Source: Thermoguttaceae bacterium (GTDB lineage: Bacteria; Planctomycetota; Planctomycetia; Pirellulales; Thermoguttaceae). From it: a DNA stretch of 64,000 nucleotides. Each line of letters starts with the position of its first letter. Within the stretch, counting starts at the first letter, position 1. Of the stretch, positions 49,495 to 58,450 are shown one piece after another. The DNA lies in contig JBJEXI010000018.1 of assembly GCA_051885615.1 (NCBI GenBank), positions 73,513 through 137,512 of the forward strand. The letters are read 5' to 3'. The translations under genes were made by a program, and so were the position numbers. Under the pieces are notes generated by a model, which saw only the letters and a list, made by a program, of their open reading frames with translations, searched no databases and was not told where the DNA came from.

Positions 49495-52161
49495 TCAGTC
49501 GCCAGTCTTCTTTTTACCATGATTCACTTTATCCTCACCGCGCCTTTTTCCGGTATATTTATCGAGTTGGTCATGCGTCCATCGAGTTGAATCGACGCGT
49601 TTTAAAAGCTGAGCATAGGCGTCGAGGTGCAAAGTAAAATCGCTTGACTTACTCTCGACACGACGGCGAGGACGACCAAAAATAGGCCAAAAACAAAAAA
49701 GTATGACAGTCCCTAAAAGCGTCAAACGCCAAACAAATTCTGTAAAAACGCTTCGTTGCGCTACGGAAAACCGACCGTCTAATTGGGGCGGGTCGTACTT
49801 ATAGTTTTGTACGACTGGAGGATAATCAAAGGGCGAAAAAGTCAAACCGATCGGACCATTATCCAAAAACTCTTGAGTCAAACGCCTCACAAACGCTCGA
49901 CCAGCCTCCTCCGTCATCGCAAAATTGGTCATGAAAGAAGCGGAATTCACGAACAGGATCTCCCCTTCCCCCTCAGCTCGACGACACACAAGAGGAGAAT
50001 CCCCATGAAGAAGCAAAACTTCCGTTCCCTCTCCAGGAACAAGTTGAAAATCCTCTCGAAACGGCGCCGATTCAGGAAGGCAAGACGTCCAAGACGTCAA
50101 GCCGGAAAAACTTCGCTTCTCCTCCTCATCCTCGTCTCTCGGCAAAAGATGACGCTGAACAAACCAACGCTCCTCTTCATCCCACGCAGTCGAATAACAA
50201 GGTTCTTTGTACCCCCAAGAAGATCCCCAAGGAGACCTCTCGTTCCTAAAGACACTCTCCCTTGCGACAAAGTCGGCGTCAGCCGAATATTCTGATCGGT
50301 TGAAGTCTTCGACAAGTTTTCGAATTGAAGCTTTCAAATCGGCAAGACTCTCTGAACCATACTCATGTTCAAAACTTGCCTCGAATTCGTCCGTCAAATC
50401 CAACTTATCGCGCCTAAGGGCATTCGTCAAGTCCTGAGGAGTCTCAATAAGATCGGGCGCCGCATCCAGAATCGTCAACAGCAAAGAAGCGTCCAAGATA
50501 TTGGAAGCCATCGTATGAGCGCGAATTGCGGATTCTCCTTTAGCGCGTCGAGAGGAATGCGAGTTCCCCTCAAAATCGACGTCGGCATAGTCGGAAAAAA
50601 TTTCACGACAATCCTCTAAAGCCTTCTGCTTCAGAGGATCTTCAAAACGCTCGTTCGCTAACTCTCGTATTTTAGTCCAATAATTAAGAGTCGAATTAGA
50701 AGACGCGAGAACAATGACAACTTTACGCCCAGGTTTTTCTCGCAACCAAACTTCTATGCCTTTACGAGGAGAGTTTGACGAAGAGTTGAAATCGTAAACG
50801 GGGTGTAGGTAATAGGAAAACCCGTCAAGAGCTGCGGATGATTCGGGAACGTAAAAGAACGGCCAATCTTCCGGCGTCGCGGTCGCGTACGCTTCGAGGG
50901 TTTGACGCCACAAATCTAAATCGTTGGAGAGAAAACTCTCGTCGTCGTCGAGCTCTCGAGACTCGTCCTCGGCGTCCTCAGTCTCACAGGCAATAGGATC
51001 GCAGGGGAGTTTCCAAGCCCCCCTGATCCAATCGACGCACATGAACCATACGATCGTATTACAATCGTCGTAATCTCCGCGCGTAAAGGGAAAAGTCTCT
51101 CTAGCGAAGCTATCGCGTTCGAGGGCGTACACTTTCTCCTTCGTAGTTAATCGACAATACTCGCAGAAAGCGGAAAGGCTATTCAAGCCGTTATGGGGAG
51201 CTACGTTGGTATCGTGCCCGTAAGGGTATCGCCATTCATTCTCTTTGCACCCGACAAGAGTAAACATAGAGCATACGAACAACGCCAAAAGCAGATGAAA
51301 TTTCGGCGCGGCCCAGTTCTTCGCGTTATTTCGAATCTTCATCGTCTCGGCTTCTTGTTCGCGATTGGCGATTTTTTCATCTTCAACGCTCATCAACTCT
51401 TCAAATGGAGTCTGATTTTCCCATAAATCTTCGAACGTGCGCCTAGATATCGAACGACCGCCGTAATAAACAAGTTCAAATTCGTTCATTATGACGCGAT
51501 AAATGCGCTGAACTTCAGGATTGCGGTCTAGTTCTCGCCAATATTCGAGATTCGTTTTTCCTTTATCCAACCAAATCAGCTCGCGTTTATCTGCTTCAAC
51601 AAGAATCCAACTAAAGTAGAAAATAATCGCGCTGCGGAAATCTCCGGAGTTATACGCTTCAAGAGCGGCGCCCTTCAAGTCGTCGTACCGCGACTTTGCT
51701 TCGTCGGCAAGGGTCTCCAGACGACGCTGACGCCGCGCCAATTCTTCAAGACGCAGACGCTTGGAAAGCGATTTCTCACGCGTCTTACGAATGAAAATCC
51801 ATAGAAGAACCCCCAAAACAACCGTAAAAAAACACGCTGGCAGAACGCCAGTGAAGAGTTTTTCGAAAAAAGGATTCTTCAAATCCTCGCGAGAACCGAG
51901 AGGCTCAGGATCGTCACGTTCCTCCACTTGACGAGAAATAGGGAGATAAACGTATTGCTTGTCAACGGAGGAAAACCAAGGCGTTCGTTGATTCTCCAGC
52001 GCTTTATCAAGGTTGGCGGCGGCAAGTTCCTGCGACGTCACAGATGATTTTCTTGTCAAAAAAGCAATCGAAAGTCCAGCGACAAGGAAGAGCGTCAACG
52101 CCGCTATCAAAACATAACGCTTTTGAGATTTAAAAGAGAGCGATTCGCGCGAGCCGGTCAT
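49495..52161 (-). CDS. Membrane protein with DUF4129-like and DUF4350-like regions
   Basis: 888 aa with TM helices near both ends. The segment FRSAIIFYFSWILVEADKRELIWLDKGKTNLEYWREL...FELVYYGGRSISRRTFEDLW resembles DUF4129, from recollection. The ATG overlaps the upstream stop (ATGA). Confidence 0.6.
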   Translation of the reverse strand: MTGSRESLSFKSQKRYVLIAALTLFLVAGLSIAFLTRKSSVTSQELAAANLDKALENQRTPWFSSVDKQYVYLPISRQVEERDDPEPLGSREDLKNPFFEKLFTGVLPACFFTVVLGVLLWIFIRKTREKSLSKRLRLEELARRQRRLETLADEAKSRYDDLKGAALEAYNSGDFRSAIIFYFSWILVEADKRELIWLDKGKTNLEYWRELDRNPEVQRIYRVIMNEFELVYYGGRSISRRTFEDLWENQTPFEELMSVEDEKIANREQEAETMKIRNNAKNWAAPKFHLLLALFVCSMFTLVGCKENEWRYPYGHDTNVAPHNGLNSLSAFCEYCRLTTKEKVYALERDSFARETFPFTRGDYDDCNTIVWFMCVDWIRGAWKLPCDPIACETEDAEDESRELDDDESFLSNDLDLWRQTLEAYATATPEDWPFFYVPESSAALDGFSYYLHPVYDFNSSSNSPRKGIEVWLREKPGRKVVIVLASSNSTLNYWTKIRELANERFEDPLKQKALEDCREIFSDYADVDFEGNSHSSRRAKGESAIRAHTMASNILDASLLLTILDAAPDLIETPQDLTNALRRDKLDLTDEFEASFEHEYGSESLADLKASIRKLVEDFNRSEYSADADFVARESVFRNERSPWGSSWGYKEPCYSTAWDEEERWFVQRHLLPRDEDEEEKRSFSGLTSWTSCLPESAPFREDFQLVPGEGTEVLLLHGDSPLVCRRAEGEGEILFVNSASFMTNFAMTEEAGRAFVRRLTQEFLDNGPIGLTFSPFDYPPVVQNYKYDPPQLDGRFSVAQRSVFTEFVWRLTLLGTVILFCFWPIFGRPRRRVESKSSDFTLHLDAYAQLLKRVDSTRWTHDQLDKYTGKRRGEDKVNHGKKKTGD

Positions 52162-53147
52162 TCCTCCGCCTCCTTGTGTTCGTCGTTTTGCAAAGGAGCG
52201 TCGACTCCATTCTCCCTTTCCATGAGGTTTGGATCTAAAACAAGAGGTCCTAGACGTTTATTTCCAACGAATGCGCCACTCGGAGTCTGATCGCCAACCA
52301 TCGCTATAGAATCTTTTCCCAATTTCGCGAGTTCAGATTTAAACAACAACTCGACGTCCCAAGACTCGTTTTTGACGCGATAGTTGACGTAAGAGCAAAA
52401 ATGGTAAACAGTCATAAAGAGTCGACTCGCCGCAGTTAATATTGGAAGCCATAGAACAGCGGTAAGGAAAAAAGCGAGGATAACATTTTGAAAAACAGCG
52501 AGCGCCAGAAGAAAGAAAACCCCGCATCCCACCGACACGCCCATATTCACAAAAGATTCGGTAACGAGCGATCCTAACCCCAACGCGAAAAACGAGCCGG
52601 ACGAATTCACGCGCTTTACGCGCCGTTTCGTAGAAACGCCGTTCTCCGTTCTCAAGAAGGGCGTGTTTTCAAGGAGGAGTATTTCAGCATAAAAAGAACG
52701 CAATCTAATCGGACGCGTCAACAACAAAAAATAGATCGATTGACCCCACCGTCCGCGCGTACTATGAAGCGTCGTTTTCAGCGTAACCCTCTCCTCCCCG
52801 GAAAAAAGCCACATTCCCAAATACTTCGTGACAAGCGCCCCGCAAAACTCGCTCAGATAGTATAAAGACGCCGTAACAAGAACCCACCAAATGCACGCGA
52901 CAGTAAAACAATCATAAAAATCCCCGCCGAGGCTTGTTTCCTCTGAAAAGAGAAGATAAAAGCTCCCGATCCAAAACAGATAACAAAGGAGCAAGGCAGG
53001 AACCGCCATAATCGCATAATGAAGCGAAATCGGCTTCAAATTTCTGGCAAAAACGCGAACCGCCAGATCCCGCGTTTCGTTCTCCGTACGAGGACGCGCC
53101 GAAATATTTGGAGTCTTCCAATGCGATAAGGGATCGTTCGTATTCAT
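52158..53147 (-). CDS. Polytopic membrane protein, hypothetical
   Basis: 329 aa with multiple hydrophobic helices. Both ends overlap their neighbours by ATGA, which indicates an operon. Confidence 0.65.
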   Translation of the reverse strand: MNTNDPLSHWKTPNISARPRTENETRDLAVRVFARNLKPISLHYAIMAVPALLLCYLFWIGSFYLLFSEETSLGGDFYDCFTVACIWWVLVTASLYYLSEFCGALVTKYLGMWLFSGEERVTLKTTLHSTRGRWGQSIYFLLLTRPIRLRSFYAEILLLENTPFLRTENGVSTKRRVKRVNSSGSFFALGLGSLVTESFVNMGVSVGCGVFFLLALAVFQNVILAFFLTAVLWLPILTAASRLFMTVYHFCSYVNYRVKNESWDVELLFKSELAKLGKDSIAMVGDQTPSGAFVGNKRLGPLVLDPNLMERENGVDAPLQNDEHKEAEE

Positions 53148-54295
53148 CTCGATTTGAGCTCTTTCTTTCTATCACGAGGAGCTGAAGACGCTGAAGAAAC
53201 GCCGACTTTCAATTTTTCATTTGGCGGCAATTCCAAGCAAAAAGAATCGCGTAAGAATCGACGCATAGCGTTTCCCATTGCTCCTCCCTTATACTTTCGA
53301 TAAATTGAAAGACCGCCCAACACTAAAAAGTAAAAGCAAAGGAGAAACACGGAGATCCAGTGAATCGTCAGCTTAACTTGGTAAGAAGTCGCGCCGTAGT
53401 CGCTCAACCATTCCATGGCGTTTGGAGAGACGAACGCCTCAAGAGCCGCCGCAAAGCAGAAAAAAAGAAGTCCCATAAAAAGCATCGGAGACGCCTTAAC
53501 CCCCGCTCGTCGCAGGGCCTCGACCCGTCCGTAACCTCCAGTCGAAACGAATCCCCATCCAATTCGAATCCCCGCTCCAGCCGCAAGAACGATCGCCGTC
53601 AGTTCAAAGGGGCCGTGCGCTCGCGTAAACTCCCAAAAATTCATACTCGCCGTCGTCGAACATACGTCCCCAAGCATATAACCGAAACAAGCGCCTAAAA
53701 AAGCGGCGTTGCTCACGAGAACCCACAATCCGGGAATCACCCCAAGCGCGCCGAAAACGAAGGATTTGAGGCCGATTCCCCCGTTATGAGAGATATAGCC
53801 AAACGTCGAGGGCAACGAATCGAGCACATTGCCGTCAAATTCGACGCTATACATTTCCTCCAGTCGTTCTAACATGCCTTCTCCGACTAAATCAGACGCA
53901 AAGTTCGGGTCGATCTGCGCCCAAAACTGGCAGGTTAGGAAGACGCCCCAAAAAAGAAAAAAAGACAAGAGAAAGGCGGAGTCCGTAATAATCCACCGCG
54001 GCGCTTCGAAAAGAACGACGCCCCAAAACGAACGATTGGGGCGATGCGTCGTCCTGTAAAGACTCCCATACGCCTTTCTCACGAGAACGTTAAGACGCGA
54101 AACCGTGTCGTAGGGCAAATTGTATGATTTGGAGAGCGCAAGATCGCTGCATACGGCGCGGTAGAGTTGAAGGAACCGCGCTATTGTATCTGGATCGACT
54201 CGACGCCGAAACACGGGCTTGTCTAACTCGCGTACCAGATCTTCCAATTCTCGCCATTCAGGTTCCCGTTTGGCTATCAATTCAGCGACTGTCAT
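53144..54295 (-). CDS. Stage II sporulation protein M (SpoIIM)-like membrane protein
   Basis: 383 aa. The segment FWEFTRAHGPFELTAIVLAAGAGIRIGWGFV...AAALEAFVSP matches the conserved SpoIIM-family core. Confidence 0.7.
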   Translation of the reverse strand: MTVAELIAKREPEWRELEDLVRELDKPVFRRRVDPDTIARFLQLYRAVCSDLALSKSYNLPYDTVSRLNVLVRKAYGSLYRTTHRPNRSFWGVVLFEAPRWIITDSAFLLSFFLFWGVFLTCQFWAQIDPNFASDLVGEGMLERLEEMYSVEFDGNVLDSLPSTFGYISHNGGIGLKSFVFGALGVIPGLWVLVSNAAFLGACFGYMLGDVCSTTASMNFWEFTRAHGPFELTAIVLAAGAGIRIGWGFVSTGGYGRVEALRRAGVKASPMLFMGLLFFCFAAALEAFVSPNAMEWLSDYGATSYQVKLTIHWISVFLLCFYFLVLGGLSIYRKYKGGAMGNAMRRFLRDSFCLELPPNEKLKVGVSSASSAPRDRKKELKSR

Positions 54296-54468
54296 AGGAA
54301 GCGATCCAAACTCGCGCCAAGCGCGCTATAAGGGAAAAGACCAATCTCTTGATTTTCAATTTTTCGTCGTTTATACTCCTACATTATAGTAGGCTGGGGG
54401 CTTCTTTCAACACAACGAAGCAATTCGTAAATACGGAAAGTAATCCTTTTAAAAAGAGAGTCATAGGC

Positions 54469-55365
54469 ATGAATCAAAAATTATCGGACGTCGCCGACGT
54501 CAAGCAAAATCTAAAACGCATTGCCGATTCGCCGAGTTACCGCATTGCGGGCGAAGACGAAGAATTTTTAAAGAGCGCTTACGGACGCGCCTCGAGACTC
54601 TTGGCGGAATATACTAAAACGGAACGTATTCTCGAAGACGCGCGGATCGAATCAACCGTCGTCGTCTTTGGGAGCGCGCGGATTAAGTCCCCCGACGTCG
54701 CTCAACGCCAACTCGAAGACGTCGAAAATCAACTCGCCCAAAATCCCTCTGATCCGGCCTTGGAACTCGCCTACAAGAAGGCGCAACACGCTCTTAAAAT
54801 GAGCAAGTACTATCAGTGCGCGCGAGAATTTGGCGAACTCGTCGCGACCAAAAACAGCGTGTTCAACGAAGAAAGAAACGAGCGCGGCGAAATCAAAGTT
54901 TCAGAAGATCAAAACTACGTCATATGCACCGGCGGCGGGCCAGGCGTCATGGAAGCCGCCAATCGCGGCGCGTATGACGCCGGAAAAGCGACCGTCGGAT
55001 TGAATATCAGTCTACCCTTTGAACAATTTCCCAATCCGTATGTCACCCCGTCGTTATGCTTTGAATTTCGGTATTTTGCAATTCGCAAATTGCATTTCAT
55101 CCTGAGGGCGAAAGCGCTCGCCGCGTTTCCGGGCGGGTTTGGAACATTCGACGAACTTTTCGAGGCGTTGACGCTCTGTCAAACGGGCAAGTCGAAGATG
55201 ATTCCAATTATTCTTTTTGGCAAGGAATTCTGGGACGGTTGCGTCAATTTCCAGTATTTGGCCGACTCTGGAATGATTAGTCAAGACGATCTGAAGCTCT
55301 TCCATTACGCCGAAACCGCTCAGGAGGGATGGGAAATCATCGAATCCTTCTACGGCAACGCGTGA
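54469..55365 (+). CDS. LOG family (TIGR00730-type) nucleotide 5'-monophosphate nucleosidase-like protein
   Basis: Motifs TGGGPGVMEAANRGA and PGGFGTFDELFEALTL. I prefer the ATG at 54469 (MNQKLSDV) over the TTG-initiated longest ORF at 54349. Confidence 0.8.
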   Translation: MNQKLSDVADVKQNLKRIADSPSYRIAGEDEEFLKSAYGRASRLLAEYTKTERILEDARIESTVVVFGSARIKSPDVAQRQLEDVENQLAQNPSDPALELAYKKAQHALKMSKYYQCAREFGELVATKNSVFNEERNERGEIKVSEDQNYVICTGGGPGVMEAANRGAYDAGKATVGLNISLPFEQFPNPYVTPSLCFEFRYFAIRKLHFILRAKALAAFPGGFGTFDELFEALTLCQTGKSKMIPIILFGKEFWDGCVNFQYLADSGMISQDDLKLFHYAETAQEGWEIIESFYGNA

Positions 55366-55465
55366 AGGGTCTTCCCAACGTTCTGAAAAAGGGTAAAATA
55401 CGGGTAGCGTGAGTAGTAGCCTGCGTTGTAGTTACGGCAAAACGTTGAAATACAAGAAATAAGAA

Positions 55466-55789
55466 ATGAAATTCCATATAAATTCGATTAAAACTCGTTT
55501 CTTTTTGTCCCTTATCGCGGCGTCTTGCTTCCTTTTGGACGCGCAGTCGCTCTTTGCGGCTACTGAAGAGGCTCCGCAAGAGGAACCGGTTTGGGTGTTG
55601 AGTTACGCCGCCTTCATCTTTTACGCAACGGCGGTCATTATGATCGCGATCTTCTTTTCCAAGAGACGCGAGACGTTGCTCGATATGGAGAATCAGAAGA
55701 AGGTGGCCCAGATTCGCGCGAACCGCGTTGTGAAGCGTCGTAAGGAGGAACAACGGGCGAGAATGCAGGCCGCAAAGGCTAAGAAATAA
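55466..55789 (+). CDS. Small membrane protein with a basic C-terminal tail, hypothetical
   Basis: 107 aa. It has a signal-like N-terminus, one TM helix (WVLSYAAFIFYATAVIMIAIFF) and a K/R-rich tail, and is followed by a clean terminator. I prefer it over the overlapping antisense ORF 55337..55753. Confidence 0.55.
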   Translation: MKFHINSIKTRFFLSLIAASCFLLDAQSLFAATEEAPQEEPVWVLSYAAFIFYATAVIMIAIFFSKRRETLLDMENQKKVAQIRANRVVKRRKEEQRARMQAAKAKK

Positions 55790-55835
55790 GAGAACCTTCT
55801 CTTATCCAATGAGGCGTTTACTGACGCCTGGAAAG

Positions 55836-55866
55836 AAAAACGTCGCGTTAGAGCGACGTTTTTTTA
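55836..55866 (+). terminator. Intrinsic terminator
   Basis: AAAAACGTCGC (55836-55846) pairs with GCGACGTTTTT (55853-55863), and the T-run continues. Confidence 0.75.
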
Positions 55867-55901
55867 TGCAGTTGCATTAAGAAAAACAAAAAGGAAAAAG
55901 A

Positions 55902-56864
55902 ATGTCCGCGTCAACAGTCGATAGAGCGCGCAAGATTCAACCCATAATGTCCCCGGCGCCGAAAAAAGAATCAACAGAAATTCAGGGGATTGCTCTTGCG
56001 TTTTCGGCGTACGTCATCTGGGGCCTCTTCCCTCTTTACTTCGTCTTGTTGCGCGACGTTCCGCCCCTCGTAACCCTTGCGTTCCGAGCGATCTTTACGA
56101 CTCTTTTGCTCGCGCCTCTCTTCGTCATGCTCAAAAAAGGGAACGCGCTGATTTGCGCCTTACGAAATCCTCGATACGTCTTAGGACTATTCGTCACGAT
56201 GGCGACCACGATGGCCAGTTGGGGATTCTTCATTTGGCTCGTCGCGATAAATCACACTCTCTACGCAAGTCTAGGAAACTACGGATGCCCTCTCGTCACA
56301 GTCGCTTTGGGCGCTATCGTTTTTCGCGAACGCCTGCGTCCCTGCCAACTCGTCGCCATCTGTATGGCCGCCGTCGCGGTCGCGATCTTCGCCGTTGGCG
56401 TCGGCAGACTTCCATGGGAAAGCGTTGTCGTTTCCTTCGTCTTTGCGATCTACTCCCTCCTCAGGAAGATGATAAACGTCGACTCAACCACTGCGCTAAG
56501 CGTTGAGACGATGTTCGCCCTTCCTTTCGCTCTCGCCTATATCGTCTTTGAGTTCATGAAAACAGACGGTATCCCGACCTGGGCGCTCGACCCCAAGACG
56601 CTCCTCCTTTTGATCGGCGCGGGCGTTTTAACGGCGATTCCTCTCCTTTTGTTTGGCGCGGCCGCTCATAAGTGCAAACTCTCGACGATTGGACTCCTTA
56701 TCTACATCACTCCCACGGGCCAATTTCTTTGCGGCGCGTTCATATTGCACGAAGAAACCTCCCTTAGCCAATGGATTAGTTTTGTTCTCATATGGATCGC
56801 GTTGATCTGTTTCACCGTCGATCTAATCAGGCACGACCGGAAGGAAGAATCTGCCGAAGCATAG
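55902..56864 (+). CDS. rarD: EamA/RarD family transporter
   Basis: 320 aa with 10 predicted TM helices. The N-terminal GIALAFSAYVIWGLFPLYF is typical of RarD. Confidence 0.8.
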   Translation: MSASTVDRARKIQPIMSPAPKKESTEIQGIALAFSAYVIWGLFPLYFVLLRDVPPLVTLAFRAIFTTLLLAPLFVMLKKGNALICALRNPRYVLGLFVTMATTMASWGFFIWLVAINHTLYASLGNYGCPLVTVALGAIVFRERLRPCQLVAICMAAVAVAIFAVGVGRLPWESVVVSFVFAIYSLLRKMINVDSTTALSVETMFALPFALAYIVFEFMKTDGIPTWALDPKTLLLLIGAGVLTAIPLLLFGAAAHKCKLSTIGLLIYITPTGQFLCGAFILHEETSLSQWISFVLIWIALICFTVDLIRHDRKEESAEA

Positions 56865-56893
56865 GCGGATTCTTCCCCCTTCTCGAAAAATAA

Positions 56894-58429
56894 CTACGTG
56901 GAGGCTGGACGAGTCTTCTCTCCCTCTCTTTTCGTCGCTTCCATGATCGTTTCCGTCCTGAGTTTAACCGGCTCAACCGTAAACTCAGGGATATTGTACG
57001 ACTTTTGTCGCTGACGATTGAACGTTGGATCGCGTTGAGGCAGGACAAACGGTTTTGACCCGCGCCCTTGCGCGTCGACATGCGTTAGGTAGAATCTCGT
57101 GAAAAAACCGTCCTCGCGGCGAGAACTAAAGATCAACCAGCGTCCGGTCGACGACCACGAGTGATAGCTGTCGGTATCGGAACTATTGACCTCGCTCATG
57201 ACGCGCGATTCGCCTGTCGTGAGATCTAGCATGTGCAGATCCGCTTCTGGACGCCAAATCGGAAAAGTTCCGCTCTCGGCAAGAGTATACACAAGGAAAC
57301 GACCGTCGGGAGATATGCGCGGAAAGAGCGCGCTTCTACCCTGAGACGCAGCGTCTACGACCGTCTCTTGAGCGCCAAAGGAACAAGTTTTTTCGTCAAA
57401 ACTTCTGCGACAGACGTTGTAACGTATCTCTGCGGCCCTATCAGACGCCTCTTTGATGAGCGCGTCCACATCGGAAGACGACGCCTTAGGAGCATAATCG
57501 GCGCAACAGTAATACAAAAATTGGCCGTCGGGAGACCAGAAAGGGAAGGTCTCCATTTGGGTTTCCGTTTTTTCGACGACGCGAACCTCGTTCTTTCTGG
57601 CGTCTAGAAGAACCAAATCAGACGTCCCGTCGTAAACCTCAATCTTTTGGGTCGAAAGGGAATGGAAAGATTGCCGCGTCACATTGGAGGAAAACGCAAT
57701 GAAATCCCCCGTCGGGCGCCACGCTGGATAAGAACACGTATTTTTTAGTTCGTCCACGTAACCGGTCGCTTTAATAATATTATCGCCGTCAATAAGGATC
57801 GTGCCCCCTTTTTCCGGCGCGTCAGGTCGACGAAAATGAAACATAAAGCGGTCGGTGCGATAGTTTTGGAAGGAGTGACAGTTTACGCAAGCGGAGGTTG
57901 TCGCCGAACGATTGTCGACAAAGAGGCGTTCGTTAAAATTCTCCAAACAACGTTGCGCCAACGCCATACGATATGAATAGTCAAATCCAGGCTCGACAAG
58001 TCGATACGCGACGTATGGATCCACAGGATCCTCGCTTACTTGGTTTTGAAACTCTTTGAAGCGGAACCACTCCCCCTGACGGCGTATAAAGATTTCATAC
58101 CGGAGCGAACTTCCTCGATTACTGTCGAGAAGGCGCCTCCATTTCTTTTCAGGAAACGCGACGTTCTGTCCGGAAACGCATAACGACGCGCCGTTATCTC
58201 CCGTGACGCGCGCGCAAAACGCGTCCCCCTCCTCTTCAATTCGAAAATTCGCGGGAGCTATATTAGGCGGAAAAACAACGTCGACATAATCGGGATAAAG
58301 CGTCGCAAGGGCGTCTAAATTCTGAAAATCAGAGGGCGCGCCGACGCCGACAAAAAGTCTGCCGACAAAAAAGACGACGCAGACCGAAAGCGCGATCAAA
58401 ACGATTTTATAAATCTTCGATTTCGTCAT
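56894..58429 (-). CDS. Membrane-anchored beta-propeller (TolB/PD40-like) protein with a single CxxCH motif
   Basis: 511 aa with an N-terminal TM helix. CVNCH lies at nt 57875-57889. Repeated SPDG/WSPDG-type segments (WSPDGQFLYY, ISPDGRFLVYT, WSSTGRWLIFSS) are typical of PD40 propellers. Confidence 0.65.
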   Translation of the reverse strand: MTKSKIYKIVLIALSVCVVFFVGRLFVGVGAPSDFQNLDALATLYPDYVDVVFPPNIAPANFRIEEEGDAFCARVTGDNGASLCVSGQNVAFPEKKWRRLLDSNRGSSLRYEIFIRRQGEWFRFKEFQNQVSEDPVDPYVAYRLVEPGFDYSYRMALAQRCLENFNERLFVDNRSATTSACVNCHSFQNYRTDRFMFHFRRPDAPEKGGTILIDGDNIIKATGYVDELKNTCSYPAWRPTGDFIAFSSNVTRQSFHSLSTQKIEVYDGTSDLVLLDARKNEVRVVEKTETQMETFPFWSPDGQFLYYCCADYAPKASSSDVDALIKEASDRAAEIRYNVCRRSFDEKTCSFGAQETVVDAASQGRSALFPRISPDGRFLVYTLAESGTFPIWRPEADLHMLDLTTGESRVMSEVNSSDTDSYHSWSSTGRWLIFSSRREDGFFTRFYLTHVDAQGRGSKPFVLPQRDPTFNRQRQKSYNIPEFTVEPVKLRTETIMEATKREGEKTRPAST

Positions 58430-58450
58430 AGTAGACTCTTCACTCTCCGA

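Noticed and set aside
55337-55753. 138-aa minus-strand ORF overlapping the small membrane protein gene
   Set aside because: Its translation is R/H-rich with no features, and it would overlap the 3' end of the LOG gene. The plus-strand alternative has a signal/TM architecture and a clean terminator.
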